A stretch of 64,000 bases of DNA from Psammoneis japonica (Eukaryota): positions 287,100 to 351,099 of the forward strand of contig QPGO01000055.1 in NCBI GenBank assembly GCA_008632985.1, written 5' to 3'. Below the pieces are notes generated by a model. That model saw only the letters and a program-made list of their open reading frames with translations. It ran no database searches and was not told where the DNA came from. This document shows, in pieces, positions 50,416 through 62,900 of this stretch; within the stretch, counting starts at the first letter, position 1, and each line of letters starts with the position of its first letter. A program made the position numbers and the translations under genes.

Positions 50416-51651
50416 ATGTTGCGAGACAGTCAGTCTCTTTATCTTTGGCTTGTTATTGTCCTTGCATGTCTGTGTGCTGGAATTCTCCATCAAGGGGAGA
50501 GCCTCGAAGAAAAGCTTCTAGACCGCAAATCGTCCGTGAGAGGGACACGAGACGCGAAGCCGTTGTTTGTGCTACACGTAGGTCCACCGAAGACGGGCAC
50601 TACGTCAATACAGCATTTTGCAGATACAGCTGAAGAAGTTTTTGAAGAAGACAACTTCTACTATCTCGGTACTGCGCGACAACCGGAAACAAAGTTTCTC
50701 CACGAGATTGTACGGAACTGTCGAGATGGTATTCACCCCGACTGCCAAGACAAATGGGACGAATTCAAATCTATTGTTCAAGAGCATTATAAGCGGAAGC
50801 ACAACTTATTTATGTCGGAGGAGATGCTCAATGTATGTCGAAGTGACGAGGAGGAGCAAGAGTACTTATGGGATAATCTTGTTCCGCTGTTGAGTGAGTG
50901 GGGAGTCCGGGTTGTGTTTACCTATCGTCATCTTCACGACTGGGTTCCATCCAAGTATTCCCAAGCTTATAGTTTCCATATTACCGATCGTCGCCAAGAA
51001 AAGGTTCAAAACTGGCCGGATCACGGTGGGAGAGTCATTCGTCCTTTTCCTGATTTTTTTGACGTATTCATGAAACGGCCCTTTCACTTGCCATTGCCAA
51101 TTCGGAAGCGATGGGGGGAACGTTACGATGACATTGCTGTGTTTGATATGGACAACACAACAAATGTTTTGCGAGATTTTTACTGTAACATGATACCAGA
51201 GGCGCGAAACTTGTGCAAATTCACAAAATCAGAAGACTTTGTTGTCGAGCGACTCAACCCATCGAGCAGCCGCATTCTTCATTTTGACATGCTGGCAGTG
51301 GCTGCTTATCGAAAAGGATGGATCAATGATTCCCTGTCTAGAAGAGACGTGACACGCGCGGCAGAAAAGCATGCTCAAGATATTGGGTACACGGAGTTCC
51401 CGATGATTTGTCTATCTCCAGAAAAGACAAACTCCTTGTATCAAGATTCACTGGCGTATGCCAAAGAAATGTTCCCGCAACTATATTCATCTTCAGATGG
51501 AGAGAAAGAATTTCGCTTGCAGTTTGACGAAGCAGTAGATGCAGGAAAGTTTTGCTCTGTGGATGCACAAGAGACCTTGCAGCAAACAAAGTGGAAGAAC
51601 TTCTTTCTTGGTTTGTCAAGCAACAACGTTCGACCCGAGGATTCGTCCTGA
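50416..51651 (+). CDS. Type II membrane sulfotransferase-like (P-loop) protein
   Basis: N-terminal TM; FVLHVGPPKTGTTSIQ; MSEE; VVFTYR..DW..S.Y. Confidence 0.72.
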   Translation: MLRDSQSLYLWLVIVLACLCAGILHQGESLEEKLLDRKSSVRGTRDAKPLFVLHVGPPKTGTTSIQHFADTAEEVFEEDNFYYLGTARQPETKFLHEIVRNCRDGIHPDCQDKWDEFKSIVQEHYKRKHNLFMSEEMLNVCRSDEEEQEYLWDNLVPLLSEWGVRVVFTYRHLHDWVPSKYSQAYSFHITDRRQEKVQNWPDHGGRVIRPFPDFFDVFMKRPFHLPLPIRKRWGERYDDIAVFDMDNTTNVLRDFYCNMIPEARNLCKFTKSEDFVVERLNPSSSRILHFDMLAVAAYRKGWINDSLSRRDVTRAAEKHAQDIGYTEFPMICLSPEKTNSLYQDSLAYAKEMFPQLYSSSDGEKEFRLQFDEAVDAGKFCSVDAQETLQQTKWKNFFLGLSSNNVRPEDSS

Positions 51652-51792
51652 TGGCATTGCAAGAGCGCCAGTTAGAGTTAAGCGCAATGTACTTTTTTTG
51701 AATGGCTTTCGTTCGTCCCGAGGATTCGTCCTGATGGCATTGCAAGAGCGCCAGTTAGAGTTAAGCGTAATGTACTTTTTTTGAATGGCTTT
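51627..51792 (+). repeat. 83-bp tandem duplication spanning the stop codon and 3' UTR
   Basis: Units start at 51627 and 51710; 2 substitutions. Confidence 0.95.
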
Positions 51793-51883
51793 TGTCTGTA
51801 GTAACCAATGCGTAGTGTACGTCACGACTCCCTAAGGAAGCTTCACAGCACTTTTTATTGTACAATCTCTCTATACGAACCTT

Positions 51884-53200
51884 TCAATCACTCCACATTG
51901 CGTCCAGTGCTTGCTCAAACTCGGTCAAGTTGACATAGGTGACCCTGCCTGTTGAGTTCCGCGCGTACAATACGTGGTGATATTGAACCCATGGTGAGGT
52001 ATGGTAGAGGGAATAGTATGTCTTTCGAAACCTCGAAACATTCTCCTGTTTTGACGGCCTTTTCCGAAGTGGCTGGACTTGATTGGATCCCGGTCCAATC
52101 AAGAACTCCAAGACTTGTGGTCTTGTTGACTGGTCGCAAATGTCATTCTCCAGATCGCCCATCCACATGATGTTTGCAAATGCTCCGCCGTGACCCCCAA
52201 TGACTGTGTGCGCCGATTGAAACAATTCAAACTGTTCATCAAATGTCACCATGGCATTATTTTCCTTCATTCCATTAAAAACAATTAATTTTTCTTTTCG
52301 TCCGTGACGTTTCATGGCCTTTTCGATCAATGTAAGCATGTCCGCCTCGTGTGTCGGATCAACGCGACGTCCATGATGTGCCCCCGGAGCATTCCGTGAA
52401 ATGTAGACAATGTACTTTGAGCTTCTTTCTATCTTGTCCACGTGCTTTGTTTCCACGGCCCATTGCCGCAAAGCTTGGAAATACTGCTGATGCCTCAGAT
52501 CAGCACTGTTTACAACTGTCGTCAATGTACCATTTTCGATTAGAACATCGACGTGCGGTTTCACCCAAACGATTCGTTCCTTAACAAATTGAGGATCTAT
52601 CCATTCCAAGAGGCCCCGCATGACGTTTGTTTCAAGCAACAGTAATTTTGTAGAAGAGTCTGCAGAGAGAACCATTTGTTGTCTCAACCACGCTATAAAA
52701 GGAAGATGATCCATAACGACATGCGCAAAGATTGGACTAAACCACCCCAAATATGCTACATGGTCGCCTTGAAGCACGCGTAGCTGACCACCTTTGGCCC
52801 ATTTTCTTGAAAAATGAGCAACAGCGCGATGGTTCTTTGTCTCAAACCACAAAGTTCCATTCATGTCTACATGCGTCAAATTCTCCAGCGACGACATGAA
52901 TCTGGTACTTCCTCCTGTTGCTAATCCTGTGTGCTTCGAATGGTATTCGTTTTGTAGTTCATCGTGACCATGAAGAGTCGCTTCCCTCAGCGGATGACAC
53001 TCTATCGCTTCGACATGGTCGGCGTTCAGGATGATTTCAGACAAGGTGTGGCTCTTCGGCCATTTGCGCGTTACGGCATTCCTTGCTTCTCCTCCGTTCT
53101 GCGCAAATATAATTATTGACAACACAACGAGAAGTACAGATGAAATCAGAGCAACAAGTCGTATGGTCCTTCCACCCGAGGAACTAGTAATCGAATTCAT
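51884..53200 (-). CDS. Glycosyltransferase family 61 (DUF563)-like type II membrane protein
   Basis: TM anchor; FAHVVMDHLP, VYISR, EQFELFQSAHTVIGGHGGAFANIMW, VLEF; the ORF extends to 53332. Confidence 0.82.
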   Translation of the reverse strand: MNSITSSSGGRTIRLVALISSVLLVVLSIIIFAQNGGEARNAVTRKWPKSHTLSEIILNADHVEAIECHPLREATLHGHDELQNEYHSKHTGLATGGSTRFMSSLENLTHVDMNGTLWFETKNHRAVAHFSRKWAKGGQLRVLQGDHVAYLGWFSPIFAHVVMDHLPFIAWLRQQMVLSADSSTKLLLLETNVMRGLLEWIDPQFVKERIVWVKPHVDVLIENGTLTTVVNSADLRHQQYFQALRQWAVETKHVDKIERSSKYIVYISRNAPGAHHGRRVDPTHEADMLTLIEKAMKRHGRKEKLIVFNGMKENNAMVTFDEQFELFQSAHTVIGGHGGAFANIMWMGDLENDICDQSTRPQVLEFLIGPGSNQVQPLRKRPSKQENVSRFRKTYYSLYHTSPWVQYHHVLYARNSTGRVTYVNLTEFEQALDAMWSD

Positions 53201-53535
53201 TTTGCCGATGACCATGTGGTGTAGCACCGCGAAGCGCACAAGCCGCCGACCAACGACCTTCGACCTCGTCCCGAAAATGTGAGGAAAGTCATAGGTCATA
53301 GTCATAACGTTCCAACGGTCCAACGCATTCATGTTTTTATAAAAAGCTATATATAAATGTATGAAAAGATTTTCGGGCGCTTTTTCGAATTATTCGAATC
53401 GCTTCTCGCTCGATCTTTTTCGTTTCGCTTCGTCCAGGATCTTTTTGCCGCAGTCTGTTGCATCGTTTCATCAAACTATTCATAAGAAGTAGTCAGCTTC
53501 AGAAGTAGTTCTAATCTTCCATAAATCAAGTAACC

Positions 53536-54270
53536 ATGTCGTCCATCAAAATGTACCAGGACCGCACCAAGAAGGAAGCCAAGGAAGTTCTCTCTCGCGG
53601 CGTGGAAACGCTTCAAGCCATGGACGCCTCGATCGGCACGCACTTTCCTCACGCTTCTCTTTCGGCTGCTCAAAAGTCTTTTGAGAGTTCACTCGAAAAG
53701 AACGAGGCTATCGTTGCGGCGTTGGAAGCGACTCGTGATGCCTTGGAACTGGCAGTGTCTCACGCTAGCATCATGGAGACTTATATCTCCTTGTGTATTC
53801 CTCAAATGGAGGACGGAAACAACTTTGGAGTTACGGTGCAGCTCAACGTCCTGAAGGAAATCGGCGAGATGAAGGAAAAGTGGACCAAGGCACTCGAAGA
53901 AATTCCAAAGTATTTCTCGTCGCGTGCAGAGGCTGTCGAGAAGCTAGGGCTCGTGCCTTCTGTCAGCAAGAGCGAAACCAAGTCCTCCTCGTCGACTGAA
54001 ACGAGCGGATCCCCCAAGGAGGAGGAGAACTGCAAAAAGTCAAGCTCCACCACAAGCACGGAAGAAAAGACCTCTGCCACCACTACCACCGAATACCATC
54101 GTGTTCAGCACGTTATGGCAATTGATGTTGCGCAGTATGCAACCCTCAAGGCTGCGTTTGGATCGGTACGAACCGGTTACATGATTCTTCTCGATTCGTT
54201 AGAGAAGAACCAGTCCAAACTTGAAGCACCCAAGGGATCCAGCGGAGGCAACTTTGGAGCCATGTATTAG
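53536..54270 (+). CDS. Proteasome activator PA28/REG (11S) subunit
   Basis: Activation loop IPQMEDGNNFGVTVQ, YFSSR, C-terminal KLEAPK...MY. Confidence 0.93.
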   Translation: MSSIKMYQDRTKKEAKEVLSRGVETLQAMDASIGTHFPHASLSAAQKSFESSLEKNEAIVAALEATRDALELAVSHASIMETYISLCIPQMEDGNNFGVTVQLNVLKEIGEMKEKWTKALEEIPKYFSSRAEAVEKLGLVPSVSKSETKSSSSTETSGSPKEEENCKKSSSTTSTEEKTSATTTTEYHRVQHVMAIDVAQYATLKAAFGSVRTGYMILLDSLEKNQSKLEAPKGSSGGNFGAMY

Positions 54271-54814
54271 AGACACATGTTGCTTGTTGGGCAAATAGTA
54301 TAGGGAGAAGACTTACGACACTGAGAAACTACTTTTAGGAATGGCTTCACTACTTAATCTCTCGGTTACTAAGTGTAGTAGCATTTGCAACCTATCTTTG
54401 GAATCTACACCGTCTCTCTGTAGTTTTTATCAACACTATGCTCACACCTGTAGCCCTAGCTATTGCTTGTACGATTCGCGATTTGAGAAGAGCAAGACTT
54501 GCTGAGAAATGGCTAAGTACTTTCTAGCAAGGGGTGAACAATGGCATGCGAAGATTTCGGATACATAGGAGCAGCCTCGATCGATGGTACCCGTGAAATG
54601 TTGCTGTCTTACAGATTCCTACTACCATATGCGGTGCGTGTCTAAGCGATAACTCTCTTGCCTAGTAGCGAGAGTCTGAAAAGGCAGATGTAGCCACAGA
54701 GCAGCAATCTCCACAACCAACTACATTTCTTGGCACACAATCTTCATGGTTATGCAGTACAGTAGATCAGCCATATCTTAATTCTATCCTTATGGAACCA
54801 AACTATTCATGCAG

Positions 54815-56074
54815 CTATTCCTCCTCCTCCTCATTGTCGTCCAGGTCTACAGCACTGGGTGCGAGCCTCACGCGCTTGACAAAATTGAGAGGAATCGTGA
54901 CGGCGCGTCCCTTCTTGTTGATGATTACATCCATCGAGTTTCGATCAATGAGTTTACCCCTTAGAGTGCGATTTGATTCCCATGGATCTTGAGTCTCGAC
55001 GTAGACAAGATCGCCAACGTGTGCGTCAAAGGCAGACTGCGTATCCAACACGTAGGGATCTTCGTGGGGAGACGCCAAGATAAGTTCGTGACGTTCCAGG
55101 ACATCTAAGCGATCTTCTTCCTCCTCCAAGCTCTTCAAAATCGCATCTGCAATAGTGGATAGAGCTTTCGTATTGACTGTAATGGCTCGATTGTCAAAAG
55201 GAATTGGCTGAGTGGCTCGACGGATCTCTTCTTCTTCTGGAACAAACTCCTCTGCCTCGCGTTGTTCTGCCTTGGTTGTGTACAATGGAAACTCATCATC
55301 GTCATCATCATCATCTTCTTCGTCGTCATCATCATCTTCTTCATCATCAAAGTCTTCTTTTGCCTTTTCCGCAAAGAGCTTCTCGCGTTTCTTCTTACGT
55401 CTGGCTTCTTCCAACTCTTCCAGTTGTTCTGGATCTAGTTCAACAGGCTCGTCTTCTTCATCAGCCCAAATAACTTCAGGATTCGGATCATCTTCGTCAT
55501 AGTAAACAGGCCCGGGCTGAGGGAATCGTACCTGAATGGGCGGACCAACTTCATATTCCTCCACGTTGTCAAGAGAGGCCTCGTCTACAGTAATCACAAC
55601 AGACGTCAAGAACCATGTAACATCCAATACCTTTCCACCCACAATCTTGGCACCAAGCTTAATGATGGATTCTGCTTCTTGTCGCCAATCGGCTTCAATG
55701 GGATCCTCACAACCCATTGTCATGCCTCGACGCCACGGTTGATGCGGGATGGGATGTGCGTTCTCGTCATAGTGCAATTCAGGTACGTCCTCCGCATTAA
55801 CAACTGGAGGTTCTCCATAAGGTGGAGGTGGCGTCGGACCGTCTTCGTCTACTACTTTTGATGGAGATGCAAGAAGCAAAAAGGTAGGTTTGCTTTTTGC
55901 AATTGTTCTTTGAGAGACAAACGCAGCAGCAGCAGCTCGGTTGAAACTCTTCCCATCAACATTGAAACCTCTCAGAATAAGGATACTAATCACATTATAC
56001 ACAAGAAAAGTAGGTATAAGCTCGAAACGAAACACCACCATGATGACAAAAAAAAGACACACTGCAATCTTCAA
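54815..56074 (-). CDS. RimP-like ribosome maturation factor with presequence and acidic insertion; a probable short intron near the N-terminus
   Basis: ELILASP, FDAHVGDLVYVET, RTLRGKL..., VTIPLNFVKRVRL resemble RimP N/C domains. Confidence 0.65.
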   Translation of the reverse strand: MKIAVCLFFVIMVVFRFELIPTFLVYNVISILILRGFNVDGKSFNRAAAAAFVSQRTIAKSKPTFLLLASPSKVVDEDGPTPPPPYGEPPVVNAEDVPELHYDENAHPIPHQPWRRGMTMGCEDPIEADWRQEAESIIKLGAKIVGGKVLDVTWFLTSVVITVDEASLDNVEEYEVGPPIQVRFPQPGPVYYDEDDPNPEVIWADEEDEPVELDPEQLEELEEARRKKKREKLFAEKAKEDFDDEEDDDDDEEDDDDDDDEFPLYTTKAEQREAEEFVPEEEEIRRATQPIPFDNRAITVNTKALSTIADAILKSLEEEEDRLDVLERHELILASPHEDPYVLDTQSAFDAHVGDLVYVETQDPWESNRTLRGKLIDRNSMDVIINKKGRAVTIPLNFVKRVRLAPSAVDLDDNEEEEE

Positions 56075-56482
56075 TCAATCACACAATATAGCATCGGCAT
56101 GAAGTTAGCAAAGTTTGTTTGATGTGATGGGTGCGAGTGCGAGGTGCGATGGATCGACATTGGATGGATGATGGATGATGTGCGATAGCGATGATGGCTG
56201 CAGTTTTAATTGTTAGCTTGTTAGTTACTCTGGATAATTGTAGGGTGGCTGTGCAATGACCGATTGACATTCCTAAGGAGTGCTCTACAGCCCCTCAAAG
56301 AGTCATCGAAATGACCTTTCCCATCATTCCGAAATAAGCCCCACATTTCTCTTTCGTGGCTCACACAAACAAAAAGAGAGACTGCGATAGGATAGGTGAC
56401 CGCAGTAATGTTGAGAGACGAGTGAGATAATAACACACTAATCCAAAGTTGTGTTGTCTCAGCTTTTAAAACCAAGCTCACC

Positions 56483-59011
56483 ATGGCTGTCCACAGACAA
56501 CTGCTGGCAATAACATCATTCATACTGCTCCATGTTGTAACCTACCATCCAGTCAAGGCCGGCTGGCCCTCGCAAATGAGTAAGAAAGATCTGAAACAAA
56601 TGGAGGAAGTTCTCGACGGAAGACTCGATATTCCGACAGACTTGGCATACTTTGTCAAGTACAAGAGCACAAGAGGTAAACGATTCGCAAAGAGGTGCTC
56701 CAAGAACGGACGATTCTTGAAGCACATTCGAAAGTACAACCTCCTTCTCATCCAAGTCATTGATCGATCTGCACTCAAGGATCTCTTGGGTCATGAGCAT
56801 ATCGAATACGTCGAACCGCAGCATAAAATTCACGCCCTATACGAACCAGGACCTTCAAAATCCTTCCTCCATCCTGTCGAAGACGCAGACAGCGGCGGAC
56901 TTCGTTCTCACAGAGATTTGTCTTCTGGAGATTTCTCTTCAGAAGACTCGGGACCTGCTTTGCAATATGGCGTCACGATGGTTCAGGCGGATCAATTATG
57001 GGATCTCGGTCCTCCTCCAGAGAAAATCAAGATTTGCGTTTTGGATAGTGGGTATGCCGTTTCCCATCCGAATTTGCCACAAGTCAAAGCTCACAATGTT
57101 ACCGGCACATCAACACGAAGAGGCAGCTGGAGAGTGGATGAATACTCCCACGGCACGCACTGCGCCGGAACAATCGGAGCACTTGGGGCATATGGCATTT
57201 ACGGCGTCATCAAGGATCCTGATCGATATCAATTTCATATTGGCAGAGCTCTCGATCGCTTCGGCGACGGAGAAGAAGCTGACATGCTAAGAGCATTTGA
57301 AGGGTGCGTTGCTTGGGGAGCAAAGGTGATCAGTATGAGCTTTGGTACCGAAGAATACAGCCAGTCCATAAGTGATGCTTGTACAAATGCGTACGACGAT
57401 GGTATTTTGCTTATCGCTGCGGCAGGAAATGACGGCGAATCAGCATACTCTTATCCTGCCTCGTTTCCGCATGTCATGTCTGTCGCGGCGGTCGACACAT
57501 TCGAGAGAGTAGCCGGATTCTCTCAGTACAATGACCAAGTGGAAATCGCCGCTCCCGGAGTGAACATTATGTCAACAGCGACTCTTAAGAATGGTAAAGC
57601 TTTTGCATACTCAACCTGGAGTGGGACTTCAATGGCAACGCCTTTCGTATCTGGAGTGGCTGCAGCTGTTTGGCAATACTTTCCGTCTTGTTCAAACACA
57701 CAGATACGCAATGTCCTTGTGAAAACAGCAAAAAGAAATTCTGGCTGCAATGAAGAATCAGGCTTTGGTATTGTTCAGGCCAAGGCTGCGTACGACCTAT
57801 TAATGAGCGAGGGGTGCTTGGCTGGTGGAGAGACGCTCGAGCCATTGTCCAAGGGAGCCGTCGGAGGGTGCAAACAAGACCCTTCCTACCGTCCTCCACC
57901 GACTCCATCGCCTACTCAATTCGTTTGCACCGAGAAGCGGTTTGAGTTTATCCTATTTACAGATAAATGGGGTGACGAAACGTCCTGGGAACTTGTAGAC
58001 GCAAACAACACTGTCGTTGGCACAGGAAGTGGTTATCGTAGCGAAACTTCATACTCAGAGGTATTGTGTATCCCATCCGGTACGACCTATACTTTTACGA
58101 TTCGTGACTCGGAGGAGGATGGGATATGCTGCTTTTATGGTAAAGGGCAATACTCAGTTTCAGTCGACAACGTAGTGATTAAGCAAGGGGGTAATTTTGC
58201 ATCCAAAGATTCAGTAACGTTTGGCGAAAGCTCCGTGATAGGGCCTCCAAAATACGACGTGGTTCAGAGGGAATGTAAGGACAATGATATGTGGAGCTTT
58301 AAAAACAAAGGGTTGAAAAGAAAGACATGTAAATATTTGAACAAGAGTTCTGGCCGATGCGCAGTAGAAGGGGTTGATGAAAACGGGGTAGTTTCAACTG
58401 GATACGAGTCCTGTCGTGCAACTTGCGGTACATGTCCAACTCCGCCGGCGATCACCTTTCAAGAACAAGCTGCAACGCCGTCCCCTACATTCACTCAAAC
58501 AAAAGCAGCTACTCCATCCCCTACATCTCATCCAACCAAGCTACCTACTCTGCGACCCTCTTTTGAACCCACCAAGACCCCAACCATGACCCCAAGCAAG
58601 GCCCCAACCAAGGCCCCAACCAAGAGTCCGGCAATTTCGCCAACGGAGCAAACTCAGAGCCCAGTGGTATCTTCGACTTCAACCCCAACCGAAATCATTT
58701 CATCTCAGTCGGTCCAAAAGTCGACTGTGTTGTCATCTCCAACTTGGTATCCTACCGCCACCCCGTCAGCAAGCCCAGCTGTTTCCAGAACAAAATATGC
58801 AAGTTTGTCTCCCACGCTGACTCCAACAACGGAGATGGAGAAGCTTTTAGCGCATTGGTTTGAAGCTGCTCGAAAGTACAGAGAAAGGTCAGGCTCCTGG
58901 TCAGGCTCCTGGGATGCCAGTGATAGTAGCGATAGTAGCGATAGCGGTAGCAGTGATAGTGACTCGAGCGGTGAAAGTGGGGTAAACGAATGCTTCGTCG
59001 AAGGGAGGTGA
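56483..59011 (+). CDS. Secreted subtilisin-like serine protease (S8) with C-terminal beta-rich module and P/T/S-rich tail
   Basis: Signal peptide; triad VLDSG, HGTHCAG, GTSMATP; AAAGN; PTKAPT repeats. Confidence 0.95.
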   Translation: MAVHRQLLAITSFILLHVVTYHPVKAGWPSQMSKKDLKQMEEVLDGRLDIPTDLAYFVKYKSTRGKRFAKRCSKNGRFLKHIRKYNLLLIQVIDRSALKDLLGHEHIEYVEPQHKIHALYEPGPSKSFLHPVEDADSGGLRSHRDLSSGDFSSEDSGPALQYGVTMVQADQLWDLGPPPEKIKICVLDSGYAVSHPNLPQVKAHNVTGTSTRRGSWRVDEYSHGTHCAGTIGALGAYGIYGVIKDPDRYQFHIGRALDRFGDGEEADMLRAFEGCVAWGAKVISMSFGTEEYSQSISDACTNAYDDGILLIAAAGNDGESAYSYPASFPHVMSVAAVDTFERVAGFSQYNDQVEIAAPGVNIMSTATLKNGKAFAYSTWSGTSMATPFVSGVAAAVWQYFPSCSNTQIRNVLVKTAKRNSGCNEESGFGIVQAKAAYDLLMSEGCLAGGETLEPLSKGAVGGCKQDPSYRPPPTPSPTQFVCTEKRFEFILFTDKWGDETSWELVDANNTVVGTGSGYRSETSYSEVLCIPSGTTYTFTIRDSEEDGICCFYGKGQYSVSVDNVVIKQGGNFASKDSVTFGESSVIGPPKYDVVQRECKDNDMWSFKNKGLKRKTCKYLNKSSGRCAVEGVDENGVVSTGYESCRATCGTCPTPPAITFQEQAATPSPTFTQTKAATPSPTSHPTKLPTLRPSFEPTKTPTMTPSKAPTKAPTKSPAISPTEQTQSPVVSSTSTPTEIISSQSVQKSTVLSSPTWYPTATPSASPAVSRTKYASLSPTLTPTTEMEKLLAHWFEAARKYRERSGSWSGSWDASDSSDSSDSGSSDSDSSGESGVNECFVEGR

Positions 59012-59943
59012 GTGGCTTAAGTCTTTTGAGGGTTCACCTTTGAAAAGTCACAAACGCTAAACAGCTTTTCTTTTTTACTTGCCGTAACCTTTTGCGTTTC
59101 AAAAATCATTCAGTGATTGTTCCATAAATAGGTGGGGATGTTGCAGAGGGCTCATATGCAAGATGTCGCCCAGAACGAAACAGCGAGAATGCGTGAGCTT
59201 TAAATAAGAAGGAGCTGCTCAATAATTTTGAAATACAATACATTTATCGTATGGCAGTCCTATTCATTCATTTGCAGCCGCATCCTTGATTCTTAGTAGC
59301 GCCTTTCAAGAAGAAGCGACGTGGCTGGTACGTCAAGAGTTGCTTGGGCGCAAAAATGCTGGCAACATAAACTCGTTAGCTCTATGGGAGAATAAAAAAG
59401 TGTGGGCGATCAGCGATCAGAATGGTGTGGGAATTTTCAATTTCGGTCATACATTTTTTGAAATTATGTCCTAATCACGATTTATTTAACGTTTTTCAGA
59501 TTGTTTCGCTGGTTTGACATTTATTGTTAAAGTAAGATAAATGACCCTTTTATCTATCTGTCACTCATCGTGTCGAAGCGCAGTACAACGATGACGAAGA
59601 AGAACTGATGCTGTCGCGGTCTTGAACAAAAAGTTGTTGTTCTGGTATCCCTGCAAGAATTGAAACACGGGACCAAGAAGCAAGACTTGATCGAGGATGA
59701 TGGGTGTTACAGAGAGAACAGAAAAGTCCCGGCAGCAAACGCCACAAAAGCGAAGCTACGCGGCGACGCGATACAGCCACGTTCATCTCGTGAGGTGTAG
59801 TCTAGTTCGTGGGACGATCAATAAGTCGTCATCCCTTTCACCGGCTGATCTGTCGATATCAGTTTATCTCCTAAGCATTCACGATTCTCACAGCTCAGGT
59901 TGCATACATACTGTGCATTATTCACTCCAAAACTTAAAAACCA

Positions 59944-62900
59944 ATGACGCGACCGACGCCTTTGCTTGTTGCTTATTTTGCATGTTGTGTGTTGATACTA
60001 CGACGTGGAGCCAATGCGAGTGACAGCAGATTTAGAAGAAAAGATCCATGTCGTCGGTTTACAACAAAACTCGTATGTCGAGCATCAAGTTGCGTTTGGG
60101 ATAAATCACGAGAGCCGTCATGTATTTCGCCATCGTCTTATGGCGGTGGCAGTCGCGTCGGCTGGTTCTGGTCACCGGTAGGCCGAAGCGACTGTTCCAA
60201 TCCTTCTTCCTGTAGCAATGATGGCGATTGCTGCTTAGGCTTTGTCTGCAGAGATTCAAATAGTGGAGTCAGTGGAACGAAAAAGGACGGAAAGGACGTT
60301 CTGGTTTCAAAACAGTGCATCAGTCCAGAACCGCCACCTCCGCCGTTGGAGTGTCCTCCGGTCGGTTCGTCAAGGGACTTGACTGGTGGCAACTACTTCT
60401 TAAGGACGCACAACGATCTCTGCACTCTCACCAAGATAACTACAAACAAGAGAGGCGACATCACAGCGGTTATCCCATTAGCGAGAACGTATCTCGATCA
60501 CAATTGGGAGGTTGCTGCCGGATCTTATGCCTCGTCCATGGTCTTTCGAGACAGCATTCCTTGCGACAATGGAGCTTGCACTCTTTCCTTACCGCCATTG
60601 AAAAACGACAAAGAGACATATCGGTTGTCGTCATACACATACTCTTTGGACAAACTCAGTGAACGTGCACGATTTTTAGAAATGGCGACGTTTGGTGTAA
60701 CACCTAAGGATCTGAGTGGCGATTGGGAGTTTCGAAATGAAGCCGAATGGGTCAAACACCAAATGGAATTGCCGCTTTCCAGTCATCGCGAGTACTATAG
60801 AAAGCGCGCAAACCCAAAAGTAAGCACACAGGGCCACAGCGCAAACCCTCTCGTTCTCAATGCACTATGTTTCTTACAGATTGTGCCTATGTTTCTCGTT
60901 CCTCTCCAGTGGATGTTCTCACAGAAGGTGGGTCGGTCGGATCACCCTTGTGACAAGAACTCGCGATGGCGACGATTTGCCTTTTCACGAAAAGACAAGT
61001 TCAGAGTTGATGGCGGCGCTTCTGGATACCTGTACATACAGAACACAACCTACTCTACCGACGAGGACGGAAAGGATATTCCCTCTGGACCTTACATACT
61101 TGTTGTCGACGGTCACGCACGAACTGTTGTTGAGACGTGGAGGTGGAAGATGGAAGAAGTACATGAACAGTTCCCAGTCTGGGATACGGACTATGCCTAC
61201 GAATTCTGCAGCAGTCCAGATGAAGTAAGTAGGTCTACGACGACGATCTATTTCCAATTTTTGCTACCCCAGCGTTTATATTGTCGCTCACGCTGATGCT
61301 CTTATTGTATTGAAACTACCAATCTCGATACAGTGGACCGGAGGCAGTGTGTATCTTCAAACCAAACCCTCCGAAGAATATCCGCAGGGTTACTGTAGGG
61401 AAATCAAACCCAATCCAGCCATTAACTTTACTGGGTTCGAAGACAAAATGGATGGCAGGGTATTGGATCTATCAAGGGATGACAAGTTGGACCTTATCGA
61501 CCAGTGGAAAGACGGAGGATCCAAACGTAACGACGATCAATACATTATGCCAAATGGAATCAAAGACATTGACTTTTGTGGAGCAATCCCGATATCGAGT
61601 CAGTCGGAAGATTTTGACCCACCAATATTTGTGAACCATCCGACAGAGGGATTACTCATGTGGGAGCCGAGGCTCATACTGGAAGAAAATACCCTTGAAT
61701 CACCCCTTGCGGATGGCGGAGGTGCAACCAAGGAAGCAACCAACGGAAAGACGTTCTGTTCCAACGTCCCCCGCACCTTTTTGAACTTTGATCATTGCGT
61801 CTTTAGCAGTGAAGCAGCCGCATGCGGTGCTTCGTCTGCCCCCGACACAACCATTGAATTAGACGCCAACAACCTCGTCAATCTCCACACTCTGACTGGG
61901 CGATATGTTTACGCTATACAAGGACTCAAAGTTAAGCAGGAGGAGTTCAGCTACGAAGTTGATCATCCATGTACAACCGGCGTTCGTAGTCGCTGGGAAC
62001 GCGAGCCGGGTTCTACATGTGAGAATCCCACACCGCTAAAGGGAGCTACCAAAAAGGCGCTTCGTCAGCTGATTGCCGTTTCTAGCGACGACAACCCATT
62101 TATTCGGGATGTTACCTTTCCGCGGACTGGATCGGCATGCGACGATCAGGACATCGACGTTGAGATCGAAATTCAAGTTGTGCGTCGCTGAGAAGGTTTC
62201 TCTTTAATTTGTCTTCCTCTCCTGCTTGAAACTTACCATTTTGGTTCTGCTCTGCACTACAGGGAACAGATTGTTGGAAGCATGTACACCCGGAACATCT
62301 CGGAGTATGGGATGTTACATATTGGTAAGGAAGATTGTCTCTTTCGACTTCATTCTTTCGACAACGTTACCAACTTTATTCTTTCTCTGTCGTACTTTTT
62401 ATCCTCAGGACAAGTGGAAAGACCCATCCAGGTAATCAAGACGCTGCAAATGCCGGTCGTCCAAACCCAATTACCAAGTGGTTGGACGGAGGCCAACCAG
62501 TTCTGGTATATCCCGCAAGTCATCCAATGGAAGGCACGTTGAACCATAGCATGAGTCGTTGGGATGCAAATTATGGCAAGTTCGAATATGTTGGACGATT
62601 CGGGGACACGTTGAATTACCGTGACCTTCCAAGCAATCTGCAAACAGAAGCTGTGTCTGAGTTCTATGGTGCAAATGCCGGAGCAGAAGGGACAGAGGTA
62701 CTGATCTGTGGGAGCCCTGGAGAAGTAGCAAACGACGAACTCCTTGGCGATAATTTCGACGTGGCCAGCGACTTCTTCCGCGATACAACACCTCGGTGAG
62801 TGAACTCCACCCCAGCATCGCTAGCTCTACAACAACCGTGACTCTTTCTGCAGCATGATTGGAGCTTCCGGTGACTTTCCAGTGCGCGCATAAATCTCGT

